A stretch of DNA of 64,000 bases from Thermoplasmata archaeon (GCA_003553085.1 PUPH01000031.1:3-64002); one strand, 5' to 3'; numbered from the stretch's first letter, positions 18,408 to 29,039 are shown. Numbers and translations: made by a program. Notes: generated by a model from the letters alone, not told the origin.

Positions 18408-21400
18408 TTAATATTCGATCGTCCAATCTACATCATGATCCGCGTCGTTGTACACCCAATAACCGCTACCGGGCGAGAACTCGAATCCACTGGCATCGGT
18501 ATAAGCGACGTTATACTCCTCACTTGCATCGAAGTATCCCACTGTCGTTACTTCCGCCGGTAGGTTGTGGTTCCCGGCTGTAGAGCTAGGTAGTCCCACC
18601 ATGTTCCATCCAGGATCCAGAGTTATGGTCGTAGTACCGGGTTCGTTACCTTCGATCGTTAGCGTATCGTCCACGTTCATCTGGATCCAGACACCCATGG
18701 TGTTGTCCCACGTACCTAGGTTGTTGAAGTGATCCGCTCTATCCGGTACATAAGAATACCAACGTCCAGAATCGAAGTACATAACTTTATCGTAATTACC
18801 GGCTATACCGTTATCCGGGTCCTCAAGTATATCCACTAGATCGGTGCTGCCGAGCTCAAGATTGAAGGATACGAAGTTCCAGCCGTCGGCATCTGCGGTC
18901 AACTGTATATCCATGGTAGTGGTTTCTGCACCCGGTTCCTGCACCGCGTTTGTGTTATCTTCCTCAATACCATTGGTACCTACCGCTCTAACGACATACC
19001 ACCAGAATATTTCATCAGCCGTACCTCTTTCGGGGTCGATATACTCGTAACCTGTAGAACCGTCGGCGGTAACACTGTCTATCAGGGTACTTCCGTCCCA
19101 CGGTCCATCACTGGATTCAGCTCGATAGATATTATAGTGACTGACTTCGTCAGGATCATCTGGACTAGCATCCCAGGTGATCAGATTGTCTTCGTCTCCA
19201 TCCGAGATGATGCCTTCCGCCGTCACCAGGATATCGTCGATACGCCAGCCCTGGGCACCACCATCATAATCTTCGACTCCAGCGTCCCATCTAAGCCATA
19301 TTGAGTCTCCGGCATATTCACTCAGATCTACCGTTACCTGTTCCCACCCCTGAGAATCAACCCAGGCTGGCTCTCCTTCTATGGGATTTTCAAATCCGGT
19401 TCCAAGGGTTACATCATAAGATGGGTCGGGGTTTTCGATCAAAGACCATTCTCCGTTGGGATCCGCACTTTCCACGGATATCTTTAGATTTCCTCCGTCG
19501 TAATAGTTCGTCCATGAGTCATCGTAATCGAAGTCCCTCCAGTGCTGGAATGTCAACTCCACCTCCTCGGCTTCTTCGGGTATATCGATCTCGGGAGATA
19601 TCAACCAGCTGACTTCTCCTACTTTCTCATAGCCTCCATCGCCCCAATCCCAGGAACTGTCTCCGACTATGGATCCGTGGTCTCTGATATCCCATTCGTT
19701 CGTGCCTTCACTGCTGCCTGTGGTATATCCAAGGTCCTCCGATGCATCATCATGGAATAATACTTCTTGTCCTGAACCAACATGCTGTACATCTAGATTT
19801 TCCGGAGGGTCTGGAGGTGCGCCTTCGATGGTGAAGACATCACTGATGTCTTCTCCACTCCTACCTACCGTGTCTATTACGTTCAACCTGACACGACATT
19901 CCGTACTATCTTCATTGGGTACGGTCCATGTATAGCTTCCCGTATCTGCTACTCCGGATCCGATAGATGCCCAGCTATATCCATCATCTACACTGTACCA
20001 TAGATCTATAGAATCGATAGGATCGTCCCCCTGTTCGGTAGTCCAAGTGATATCTTCTTCAGTGCCCGCGGTGAAGGTCTCTCCTCCTTCAGGTCGGTTT
20101 ATGGTGATATCCGGGGGATCCCCCACCTCTTCCAGAACGATATCTATCCTCTGGCCCCATTCTTCACCGATGGTAAAATCTTGATCATTATGATCGGCAG
20201 AAATACGGAAGGTGTCGTCGGTCGTGTATCCACTATCTACAAGATTTCCAAAGTTCAATTCGTAGTAGCCGTTACTGTTCGTCCCGATGGAGATCGTTTC
20301 TGATGTATCGACGTTCTCTACCGTTACTGGAACATCCACCACAGAACCTCCTGAAGAATATTCGACCGTACCGTAAACCAGGTAGGGGACCGGAGGATGG
20401 AGGTGGTTTGTACCGTCTCCGAGATCTATATCGGCTATCCTTCCTTGATATATCAGGGCGTCATCAACGTCTTTATTGATGGTCATTATCTCATCTGGTG
20501 GTGGATAAAATCCATGACCTCCGGTTTCAAGTTCGAAAACCATCGAGAAAGCTCCGGTTTCATCATAGACCCAATCTCCAGCACCACCAGGTGCTGAGTA
20601 ACCGATCTCTTCTCCCGCCTGACCATAGCTGTAGGGATCATTCTCATCCCCCATCTGAGAGGTCAGAGAAGTCATATGTCCTGCCATCCCTCGGTACCAA
20701 CTATCATGGGGCGATGGATCAGTAGAATTACACCAAGGGATCAACATGGTCCCGGCATAGCTGTGGATGTTCTGATACGTGTCGATATCGTTTTCAAGTA
20801 TGAAATCCCTGAGAGACTTAGTCTCATACTCAGAAAACGGTGCCTCGCCGTGATAATCGTCTGCACCACCTCTTGAATTGCCGTCTTCCCAATGTATATC
20901 CCAATTCCGATTAAGATCTACACCTACAGCATCATCAGGGATCGTATCGTTACGGTTTTTCCGCCAATTATTTTGGTTTCCGTAATCGCCGTCACTATCA
21001 TAGATATACCCATCAGGATTGACCATGGGCATAACGTAGATCCTACGATTGTTGAGCATCCAGTGGATGGTCTCGTTGGAGTCGTATTCGTCCAGTATCC
21101 GCCACATGAAGTAGGCTGAAGCCTGAGTGGATGACCATTCTCTTGCGTGCATCGATCCATCCACAAGGAAACCAGGTTTGTGATCCACCTGTGTATCTTC
21201 GTCAGAGGTCACCTCCAGGACCCATAGATCTCTGCCCTCCCAGGACTGGCCTATGTTGATCTTCGATACAAGATCGGGATACTCGTCGACCAGGTCATCG
21301 TACCAATCATTCAACTCACTCACACTGGGATAGTGGTTGGCAAAAGGATAGTCGGTTTCAAGGATCTTTTCTCTGTCCTCTTCCTGCCTAATAACCTCGA

Positions 21401-21656
21401 CCTCCATACCTGAAGATTCCAGATAAGACAAGGTTGAATCATCGGTTTCAACTAATAGATTCATACCATCTCGCACCAATATTTCAGTATTGGCTTCGTT
21501 TATACTCTGTAAGTCCGCTAGAGATCTCATCTGGACTCCAGCTTTGATCACCTCTACATCTTCATCTTCGTAGTGGTTTACAGCTACAAAACAGACAGAA
21601 AACATCAAAAGCAGAACTACCGTTATTACCCCGAGGGGGATCTTTGTATTGTGCAT
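18408..21656 (-). CDS. Secreted M14 zinc carboxypeptidase with shared C-terminal cassette
   Basis: Signal peptide and prodomain; HAREW, RKN, DLNRNW, HSY and FE motifs. Paralog of 8291..11434. Confidence 0.9.
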   Translation of the reverse strand: MHNTKIPLGVITVVLLLMFSVCFVAVNHYEDEDVEVIKAGVQMRSLADLQSINEANTEILVRDGMNLLVETDDSTLSYLESSGMEVEVIRQEEDREKILETDYPFANHYPSVSELNDWYDDLVDEYPDLVSKINIGQSWEGRDLWVLEVTSDEDTQVDHKPGFLVDGSMHAREWSSTQASAYFMWRILDEYDSNETIHWMLNNRRIYVMPMVNPDGYIYDSDGDYGNQNNWRKNRNDTIPDDAVGVDLNRNWDIHWEDGNSRGGADDYHGEAPFSEYETKSLRDFILENDIDTYQNIHSYAGTMLIPWCNSTDPSPHDSWYRGMAGHMTSLTSQMGDENDPYSYGQAGEEIGYSAPGGAGDWVYDETGAFSMVFELETGGHGFYPPPDEIMTINKDVDDALIYQGRIADIDLGDGTNHLHPPVPYLVYGTVEYSSGGSVVDVPVTVENVDTSETISIGTNSNGYYELNFGNLVDSGYTTDDTFRISADHNDQDFTIGEEWGQRIDIVLEEVGDPPDITINRPEGGETFTAGTEEDITWTTEQGDDPIDSIDLWYSVDDGYSWASIGSGVADTGSYTWTVPNEDSTECRVRLNVIDTVGRSGEDISDVFTIEGAPPDPPENLDVQHVGSGQEVLFHDDASEDLGYTTGSSEGTNEWDIRDHGSIVGDSSWDWGDGGYEKVGEVSWLISPEIDIPEEAEEVELTFQHWRDFDYDDSWTNYYDGGNLKISVESADPNGEWSLIENPDPSYDVTLGTGFENPIEGEPAWVDSQGWEQVTVDLSEYAGDSIWLRWDAGVEDYDGGAQGWRIDDILVTAEGIISDGDEDNLITWDASPDDPDEVSHYNIYRAESSDGPWDGSTLIDSVTADGSTGYEYIDPERGTADEIFWWYVVRAVGTNGIEEDNTNAVQEPGAETTTMDIQLTADADGWNFVSFNLELGSTDLVDILEDPDNGIAGNYDKVMYFDSGRWYSYVPDRADHFNNLGTWDNTMGVWIQMNVDDTLTIEGNEPGTTTITLDPGWNMVGLPSSTAGNHNLPAEVTTVGYFDASEEYNVAYTDASGFEFSPGSGYWVYNDADHDVDWTIEY

Positions 21657-21787
21657 TTTTTTCCTCCAATTTTACCAAGAATCTATGTATCGTTGAACAC
21701 ACAGGTCATAAATAAATCTTCTTAGCACATTTAGCTCGAAAAAGGCGGTGATAACTTTCATATATAGCAATAAGAATACAACTTCGC

Positions 21788-23227
21788 ATGACCCTAAATC
21801 TGTATAACACCCTCAATGGTAAAAAAGAGCCTTTCGAACCCATCGGGAACGTAGTCAGGATCTATTCCTGTGGGCAGACGATCTACGAGGATATGCACGT
21901 AGGCAACGCAAAGACATACAGTGCCTGGGACATCCTGATTAGATACCTTAGATGGAAAGGCTACGAAGTATTTCATGTGATGAATATTACAGATGTGGGT
22001 CATCTGACCGACGATGCAGATCAGGGAGAAGACAAGATAGAAAAATCTGCTAGAGAGAAAAAACTTGAGCCTATGGAATTAGTGACCCGTCAGGTCATCA
22101 AATTTTATAACGAGATGGACAGGCTGAACATGTGTGGTGCGAACGTATACCCTCGAGCTACTGGACACATGGTAGAGATGATCGAGGCGGTCGAAGATAT
22201 CATGGAGAACGGTTATGCTTATGAAGTCAACGGCACGGTTTACTTCGATGTGCCGAAGTTCGCAGAGGACCATGGATACCCTATGTTGGGAGGCAGAACT
22301 ATCGAAGACCTTGAAGTCGGTGCCGGAGGCAGAGTTGGTGAAAGGGAGTTGAAGGAAAAAAGATCGCCTCTTGATTTTGCATTGTGGATAAACGCACCTC
22401 CTGAACATCTGATGAGATGGACCTCACCATGGGGAGAGGGATACCCGGGTTGGCACTTGGAATGCAGCGTCATGGGAAATAAATATCTGGGTGAGACATT
22501 CGACATCCACGCCGGCGGTGTGGACCATATATTCCCACATCACCCTAACGAGAGGGCACAGAACATCGCCATGAACGATCTTGATGAAGAACCTGTGAAG
22601 TATTGGCTGCACAGCGCTTTTATCACTGTTGATGGAGAGAAGATGTCCAAGAGCAAAGGCAACTACTACACCGTCGAAGATCTGTTGGAAGAGTACGACC
22701 CCATGGTTATAAGGACCTTCTTCGCAGGACTTCACTACCGGTCCCAAAGCGATTTCAGTGAGAAAGCACTCAAAGAAGCAGAAAAAAATCTAAAAACCAT
22801 GGAGAACGCTATCCGGCTTGCTAAGGAAAGTGAAGGGGGTTCCGGAGAGGAACTAAAAGAGAGTATTAAGGATGTTAAAAACGGATTTGAAGATGCCATG
22901 GACGAGGATCTGAACACCTCTCTGGCGTTGAGTAAGATCCTCAATTTTGCTAGAGCTATCAATCGCAACTTGGATGATAGACCTGAAATATTGCTTTTGG
23001 CAGTGGATACCTTGAAGGAGCTCGCGGGTGTACTCGGGATAAGGTTGGAAAGAAGCAAGACCATCATCCAAGGTGATGAATACATAGACTTACTGGTGGA
23101 CATCAGGGAGGAACTGAGAACGAAGAAGGAGTTCGATCTGGCGGACAAGATAAGGGACGAGTTAGCATCCAGAGGTATCGTAGTAGAAGATACAGCCGAT
23201 GGTACAAAATGGTATCAGACAGGGTAG
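21788..23227 (+). CDS. cysS: Cysteine--tRNA ligase
   Basis: CG-x-T, HVGN (HIGH-like), DFALW, PGWHLECS, DIHAGG, FPHH and KMSKS motifs. Confidence 0.97.
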   Translation: MTLNLYNTLNGKKEPFEPIGNVVRIYSCGQTIYEDMHVGNAKTYSAWDILIRYLRWKGYEVFHVMNITDVGHLTDDADQGEDKIEKSAREKKLEPMELVTRQVIKFYNEMDRLNMCGANVYPRATGHMVEMIEAVEDIMENGYAYEVNGTVYFDVPKFAEDHGYPMLGGRTIEDLEVGAGGRVGERELKEKRSPLDFALWINAPPEHLMRWTSPWGEGYPGWHLECSVMGNKYLGETFDIHAGGVDHIFPHHPNERAQNIAMNDLDEEPVKYWLHSAFITVDGEKMSKSKGNYYTVEDLLEEYDPMVIRTFFAGLHYRSQSDFSEKALKEAEKNLKTMENAIRLAKESEGGSGEELKESIKDVKNGFEDAMDEDLNTSLALSKILNFARAINRNLDDRPEILLLAVDTLKELAGVLGIRLERSKTIIQGDEYIDLLVDIREELRTKKEFDLADKIRDELASRGIVVEDTADGTKWYQTG

Positions 23228-23295
23228 AACGGTCTCCGAAAAGGTAAAATCATATCAGGCTTTATTCATCTTCAACTAAAACGAGATGTAGTTCG

Positions 23296-24993
23296 ATGTT
23301 TGAGATGAAGGATAATCCACGAATATCCGTGATGATGATCACTGCTTTGATCTTGATTACGCTATCGATCTCAACTTCAGTTCAAGGGTTCCAAGAATAT
23401 CCCTGGGGTTCGTACGGTGGAGATCCAAGGAACAGTGGTTTAAGCCCTCACGACACTTCACATCATGAAGGTGAGATAATATGGGACTATGAAGTCGATA
23501 GAGCCATAAGCGCTTCACCCATAATCGGACCTAGAGATCAAGTGTATGTCGGAACGGTAGGAGGCTATCTTTACTCACTATCTTCGGCCGGGCTTCAAAG
23601 ATGGGTACACTCAGTCCAAGGAGCCATAAGGTCCACACCGGCCATAGGGGTTAACGATATGATCTACGTTGGGTGCGACGACGGTATGCTCTATGGGATC
23701 TCAGATCATGGTGAGCGTGTTTGGGAGCACGAGATCGGTGGAAATGTGAGATCATCTCCTACGGTCGGAGAGGATGGGAGTTTGTATATCGGTTCCAGCT
23801 CGGGACATGTTTACTCCTTTTCGCCTCATGGTGATCTTAGATGGAAAACATATGTGGGTGGAAGGATCACCGGTTCACCGGCCTTAAACGATGATAATCT
23901 ATATGTCGGTGTTAATATAGATGCATTCGGCGATAACGCCACGCTGATATCCATGGACCTTGGTGGTGAGGTAAGGTGGAATCATTCTATCAATACGAGC
24001 ACACTTTCTTCCCCATCGATAGATGATCAAGGAAACCTATATATCGGTGGCGGTAATAATTTGTACTCATTCGAGGCCGATGGTTCACCCCGATGGACAT
24101 TTCAAACAAACGGCACGATAAGATCATCGGCATCCATAGGGCCGAATGCAGAGATATACGTCACCTCCATGGACAAAAATCTGTACGCTTTAAATACCGA
24201 TGGGCAGATCAGGTGGTATTTCGAAACGGGAGCTTATATAAGCGGCTCACCGTCGATCTGTTCGGATGGAAACGTGTTCGTCGGTTCTGCCGACGGTAAA
24301 CTGTACTCACTGAATTATGAGGGGGATCTAAGGAGTACCGTCAACGTCGGTGAGAACATAATCAGCACACCAGCCATCGGCTCAGATGGAAAGATATATT
24401 TTGGTACAGTGGGAGGTGTTTTTTATGCAGTCAATGGGCACGTCGAGGACGAGAAGACACCACCTATACCCGTATCGGTCAGTGTTGAAGTCGGAGCAGA
24501 TCATATAAACATCAGCTGGGAATTACCGTCTGAAGAACTTGAGGTGGATCACTTCAACATATACAGAACCGATGTAGATGGTAATAGATCCTACCTATTT
24601 TCCATAAGCGGAGCGAGGCGTTACTACAGAGATGGTATGGTGGATCACGATGTGAAGTATATCTATCGCATTTCTTCCGTGGATGAAAGAGGGGAGTCCT
24701 TACCGAGCGAACCTATGATCATATCTTTAACTCCACCCGAAGATAAAGAAGAGATATCTGTTTTTGAAAGGGGGGAAATCCTTCTGCCCATACTGTTAGT
24801 AACCATCATCTCCTTCGTGATGATCTGCAAACATCTTAAAAAGAAAAGAGAAGAAAAGAATCGACTCCCTATGGAGATAGGGTTGCGTTATACCTGCCCA
24901 TACTGTGCCAATAAAGTGTATTCATCAGGTGATCCCGGAGAATGTGTGAACTGTACTCGATGTGGTAGTCTGATCAAGGGGTTGAATCACTGA
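23296..24993 (+). CDS. Membrane-anchored PQQ-like beta-propeller protein with FN3 domain and C-terminal zinc ribbon
   Basis: Signal peptide; about 8 repeats of SSPxIG-x-DG-x-IYVG...LY...G...W; FN3 (ISW...FNIYR...YRISSVD); TM helix; CPYC...CTRC. Confidence 0.85.
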   Translation: MFEMKDNPRISVMMITALILITLSISTSVQGFQEYPWGSYGGDPRNSGLSPHDTSHHEGEIIWDYEVDRAISASPIIGPRDQVYVGTVGGYLYSLSSAGLQRWVHSVQGAIRSTPAIGVNDMIYVGCDDGMLYGISDHGERVWEHEIGGNVRSSPTVGEDGSLYIGSSSGHVYSFSPHGDLRWKTYVGGRITGSPALNDDNLYVGVNIDAFGDNATLISMDLGGEVRWNHSINTSTLSSPSIDDQGNLYIGGGNNLYSFEADGSPRWTFQTNGTIRSSASIGPNAEIYVTSMDKNLYALNTDGQIRWYFETGAYISGSPSICSDGNVFVGSADGKLYSLNYEGDLRSTVNVGENIISTPAIGSDGKIYFGTVGGVFYAVNGHVEDEKTPPIPVSVSVEVGADHINISWELPSEELEVDHFNIYRTDVDGNRSYLFSISGARRYYRDGMVDHDVKYIYRISSVDERGESLPSEPMIISLTPPEDKEEISVFERGEILLPILLVTIISFVMICKHLKKKREEKNRLPMEIGLRYTCPYCANKVYSSGDPGECVNCTRCGSLIKGLNH

Positions 24994-25493
24994 TGATCTA
25001 TCGTTTTGTCGAAATCCTTCATCTTATCTAAAACGGTTTCAGTCTCTGGTAAAAACTTTTTGTGTTTTAGGTGTTCGTCTATTTCGTTGAATGGTACGAA
25101 CTCACCTTCCTGAAACTCGTTTGGATTCAGCCGTACTTCCTCGGGAGGAACTGTAGTCTTAAAGAGTGAAACGTGTTCTATCTCTTCAGGCAGTTCCTTA
25201 ACGAAATTCCCTATGTGTACGTGTTCACCGACAGTACCTATCTCCTCCTCCATCTCTTTAAGCAACGTTTTTTCGTATGAATCACCGGAGGAGACATGGC
25301 CACCTAATACAACGCTCCAGTGACCCCCGAAAAACTCCTTATCATTACTCCGTTTGGTTATCAGTACACGTCCATCGTTACTGACAACGAAGAACATCAC
25401 AGTTCTATGTGGTAATTTTTTTTCATGAACTTCTTTACGTGTTGCCTTTCCAACGACTTCGTTCTTTTCGTTCACAACATCGATCAGTTCCAT
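24987..25493 (-). CDS. NUDIX hydrolase (YfcD/IDI-like fold)
   Basis: Nudix box GGHVSSGDSYEKTLLKEMEEEIG; N-terminal DVVNE...HR. Confidence 0.85.
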   Translation of the reverse strand: MELIDVVNEKNEVVGKATRKEVHEKKLPHRTVMFFVVSNDGRVLITKRSNDKEFFGGHWSVVLGGHVSSGDSYEKTLLKEMEEEIGTVGEHVHIGNFVKELPEEIEHVSLFKTTVPPEEVRLNPNEFQEGEFVPFNEIDEHLKHKKFLPETETVLDKMKDFDKTIDHQ

Positions 25494-25611
25494 GGAGTAC
25501 TTGATAAGGTTTTCATATAAAAAGTATGTCTTTGATAAGTCTAGTGTGCACGGATATGAGTCAAAAATGACGAATTATCAGAGTAAAGTTTTAAATAATT
25601 TAAACCTTTAT

Positions 25612-26037
25612 TCATGAATCCATGCTTTTTCTCTTGGAGTAGTAGCGTATGTCCAGATCCTCGTAACCTAGCTTTTCGAAGAATTTCATAGACTCGGGAT
25701 TATCCCCTTCTATCAAAACACCGATGATCTCTATTCCTTTGTTATAAAATTCTTCCTCCAGAGCGCTGACCAATCGGGTCCCTAGACCCCGGTTCCGATG
25801 CTCGGGATGAACAGCTAAACGGTTTATCCAACCCTTTCTACCGTCGTCAGTACCGAAAGCCACCGCCACCATCCTATCACCCTCATAGAATGCCTTCCAG
25901 TATTCCGGTTCCCTCTGTATCTCTTTTCTGATCTTATCACGGGTATCCCTCCCTCGAGGTTTATACGGTAAACCGCAAATACCCCATAATTCCATCATGT
26001 CCTCATAATCCTGGATATCTACCGTGCTTATCCTCAT
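25612..26037 (-). CDS. GNAT family N-acetyltransferase (YpeA-like)
   Basis: DGRKGWINRLAVHPEHRNRGLG acetyl-CoA motif; N...FFEKLGY. Confidence 0.88.
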   Translation of the reverse strand: MRISTVDIQDYEDMMELWGICGLPYKPRGRDTRDKIRKEIQREPEYWKAFYEGDRMVAVAFGTDDGRKGWINRLAVHPEHRNRGLGTRLVSALEEEFYNKGIEIIGVLIEGDNPESMKFFEKLGYEDLDIRYYSKRKSMDS

Positions 26038-26076
26038 AGGATGGGATAGAATATTATCGGTTTATAATCCTTATGT

Positions 26077-26346
26077 TCATTTCAGATCCAGCTTCAGGTG
26101 ATATTCGTCCCTCTCCAACCTATATTCCCAGACTTCACCAGTTAATCCTTTAGCCCGCCTTTTATCCAGCAATCCAACTTTAGAAAGAGACCGTAAATAT
26201 GTGACCGCTGTGGCTGTGGTTATGCCGATATAAGATGCGAGCTCGTTTGCTTTGATCCAATCCTTCCTCATCAGTTCACGGATCACTTCTGGCACGTGCT
26301 TTTTCCCTAGGATACGAGCACACTCATTGAACTCTTCGATATACAT
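26077..26346 (-). CDS. Winged-helix (ArsR-like) transcriptional regulator
   Basis: ANELASYIGITTATAVTYLRSLSKVGLL followed by a wing ending WEYRL. Confidence 0.75.
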   Translation of the reverse strand: MYIEEFNECARILGKKHVPEVIRELMRKDWIKANELASYIGITTATAVTYLRSLSKVGLLDKRRAKGLTGEVWEYRLERDEYHLKLDLK

Positions 26347-26486
26347 GCAATAGGTATTAAGTTTTAATATTATTAAATCTTTACTCCTCGACCGAATGAA
26401 TTTATCTTATCACCCATCTACAGAACCCACTACCGCAACGCACTTTCACTCATCTCCCTCGTCAAAGATTAAGTACTCCCTGGTAT

Positions 26487-27524
26487 ATGCTGGTTCAGAT
26501 GATCCAAGAGCTGTGGCGAATACTGAATGAGATGGGAGGAGTGCCCGATGATTGGGGGGACCCTCACTTCCAGCATCATCAGGGGTATTACGAGTCTGTG
26601 CCACTATCTACAGACAACTTTACACCCTTCAGTTCTACCGGGGAGGAGGATAAAGTTGTATGCTGTGTTGACGGAGGGAACAACTGCATCTATAGATCAC
26701 CGATCGATTCACTTCACCTGATACGGATATATTTCAACCTATTCAAAGGACGAACCCGGTCTAAAAATGTAAAACCCCTCAACGCCTTCCTTACTGTCAA
26801 ACAGGGATATGAATCTATCGAATGTCGAATCAGACCGATAGAATCCTACATGCCGATCTCAGAAACGGAGTTCATATTGAATAAGGAAGACCTAGGTGAT
26901 GGAAACGGGGAAAACGCCGGTAGGATCATACGGACATACCTGGAATGGGATACCATGAGTCATGTGGTTGAAAAACACCTCGATGAAGGTGATATACTGG
27001 TCAAGGACGGAGTACTGCAGACCAGTGTAGAGGGGGAGAAGGAACATTCAGATAGATTATACGGATTAGTGGAAAAGCACAACATCAACCTTGTTGGGGT
27101 GGCAAAGAGCTGTTCATTAAAGACCACCATGGGCCACCCACTCATATCCGCTGTTCGATTTATTGGTGATGGACTCGAAGAAGACCTTTGGTACTATCAC
27201 CCACTAGCGATAAATAAAAACCCTGATCATAAGGGGGATATGGCCATAGTAAAATATCATCCACGGTCTGAATATGTCTTTAGGACCGAGTTCTACGAAG
27301 GTGTTGATATGGATAAAAAAGAAGTACTAGGTCATCTGGCAAACCAGGCCAAGGATCCTTTGTTCCTTGGTTACCCTTACGGGTTGGTTGATGCAGATAT
27401 GAAAGCGAGAGTAACGGATGAAGAGACAAGACACCTTCGACGTGCTGGGACGGACCGTATGAGAAAAGAAGTATCGTACCGAATAAAAGCGTTAGATGCA
27501 CATGATAGATTGAGCAATCTTTGA
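26487..27524 (+). CDS. nurA: DNA double-strand break repair nuclease NurA
   Basis: VDGG, VKDG, GVAK and GYPYGL motifs. Immediately upstream of HerA. Confidence 0.85.
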   Translation: MLVQMIQELWRILNEMGGVPDDWGDPHFQHHQGYYESVPLSTDNFTPFSSTGEEDKVVCCVDGGNNCIYRSPIDSLHLIRIYFNLFKGRTRSKNVKPLNAFLTVKQGYESIECRIRPIESYMPISETEFILNKEDLGDGNGENAGRIIRTYLEWDTMSHVVEKHLDEGDILVKDGVLQTSVEGEKEHSDRLYGLVEKHNINLVGVAKSCSLKTTMGHPLISAVRFIGDGLEEDLWYYHPLAINKNPDHKGDMAIVKYHPRSEYVFRTEFYEGVDMDKKEVLGHLANQAKDPLFLGYPYGLVDADMKARVTDEETRHLRRAGTDRMRKEVSYRIKALDAHDRLSNL

Positions 27525-27539
27525 ATTAGGGATGATCAT

Positions 27540-29039
27540 ATGACAGTTATAGGACAGATAATAGGCGGAGAATACGGAGAACTCTACGTTAGACAGAAAG
27601 CACGGAAAACCATAGAGATAGGAGAGCTGCTTTCCGTCGGAGGAGATGTGATACTCCAAGTGCATGATCTAGGTTACGACTCGTTGATGGAGGATGACGA
27701 TCTAGCCAGGATCAGCGGGATGCAGTTAGAAGGGTACGACGACACCGCTATAATGGAGGAAGAGATCAGGAACTACATATGTGCTAGGGCGAAGCTCCTG
27801 GTACACGTTAAAGATGGTACAGCCAAGATACCTAAGAAACTACCACCTTTCTTCGATCAAGTCAGAAGGGTCAGTGAAGAAAACTTCGAGTTCTTGGATG
27901 AACCGGAGAATGGACTGTACTTGGGGAAGATAAGGAGCGGCAGCAGAGTGCTCGATGTCCCCGTATATATCGACGGGAAGAAGGCTTTGTCCCATCACAT
28001 ACTGATCCCGGCAACCACCGGCAGAGGAAAGAGTAATCTGGTAAAGGTGATGCTGTGGAACCTCATACCTAAGGACTACTGCGGCATGTTGATCATCGAT
28101 CCACATGATGAATACTATGGAAGGAACGAACTAGGCGCCAAAGATCATCCAGAAGCCCCGAACAAGGTAGAATACTATTCTCCGAACCCTCCACCGGGAG
28201 GGTACAGTCTAAAAGTTAACACGAACTTGCTTCGACCCTGGGATCTAAGAGGCATCATAGATCTAACATCTGCTCAGACCGATGCGATGTACGTTTACTA
28301 TGGGATATATGGTGAAGAATGGCTTGGATCTATCATGGTCAGCGACCCTGAGGAAGCCAAGATACACGGTGTGCAGGAATCCACCCTCGATGTATTACGA
28401 CGTAAGCTCTCTCTAGCCATCGATATCAACGAGGTCAATGGAAGGGTTTACTGTGACAGCACGATATTCACAACCGAGGGAAATGAGAACATGATGAACC
28501 AGATCGTTGAATCCATAGAAGAAGGAAAAAAAGTGATATTAGACACAAGTTCCATGCCCCAAGACAAGGAACTACTCATAGCCGGGATGATCACAAGCCG
28601 TGTGTTCAACAGATACAAACATTACAAAGAGAAGGGAGAACTGGATGGTAAACCAACCGTTAGCGTCGTCATCGAAGAGGCGCCTAGAGTACTCGGTGAA
28701 AGAGCGGGCAGGAACGTATTCCACACTATCGCAAGAGAAGGTAGAAAATTCAGGGTCGGTCTGATAGCCATCACACAGTTATCCAGCATGATACCCCGAG
28801 AACTACTGGCCAATATGAACACCAAGATAATACTCGGCAACGAGATGAGGAGTGAAAGAGAAGCGATCATCGGTAGTGTAGCACAGGACCTATCCAAAGA
28901 CAGTAAGAACATCGCTAGCCTTGACAAAGGGGAAGCCATAGTCAGCAGTATATTCACAAAGTTCGCAGTTCCGATAAAGATCGACCTTTTTGACGATATT
29001 GTAGAAAGGAAGGAAAGAAAAAATTTGAAGTTCTTTTAA
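27540..29039 (+). CDS. herA: HerA family helicase/ATPase
   Basis: N-terminal HAS-like barrel, Walker [17 protein letters not shown], Walker [18 protein letters not shown] and LDKGEA. Confidence 0.9.
   Translation: MTVIGQIIGGEYGELYVRQKARKTIEIGELLSVGGDVILQVHDLGYDSLMEDDDLARISGMQLEGYDDTAIMEEEIRNYICARAKLLVHVKDGTAKIPKKLPPFFDQVRRVSEENFEFLDEPENGLYLGKIRSGSRVLDVPVYIDGKKALSHHILIPATTGRGKSNLVKVMLWNLIPKDYCGMLIIDPHDEYYGRNELGAKDHPEAPNKVEYYSPNPPPGGYSLKVNTNLLRPWDLRGIIDLTSAQTDAMYVYYGIYGEEWLGSIMVSDPEEAKIHGVQESTLDVLRRKLSLAIDINEVNGRVYCDSTIFTTEGNENMMNQIVESIEEGKKVILDTSSMPQDKELLIAGMITSRVFNRYKHYKEKGELDGKPTVSVVIEEAPRVLGERAGRNVFHTIAREGRKFRVGLIAITQLSSMIPRELLANMNTKIILGNEMRSEREAIIGSVAQDLSKDSKNIASLDKGEAIVSSIFTKFAVPIKIDLFDDIVERKERKNLKFF

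Noticed and set aside
8291..18930. Repeated 3' ends as diversity-generating retroelement TR/VR pairs
   Set aside because: No reverse transcriptase in the window; all copies are coding, and the differences look mostly synonymous rather than adenine-specific.
24987..25493. Type 1 IPP isomerase
   Set aside because: The catalytic Cys before the GH motif is absent (SVVLGGH), so it was kept as a generic NUDIX hydrolase.
26487..29039. Nuclease + HerA pair as an anti-phage system
   Set aside because: The partner has NurA motifs and mre11/rad50 are nearby, so housekeeping end resection is the simpler explanation.
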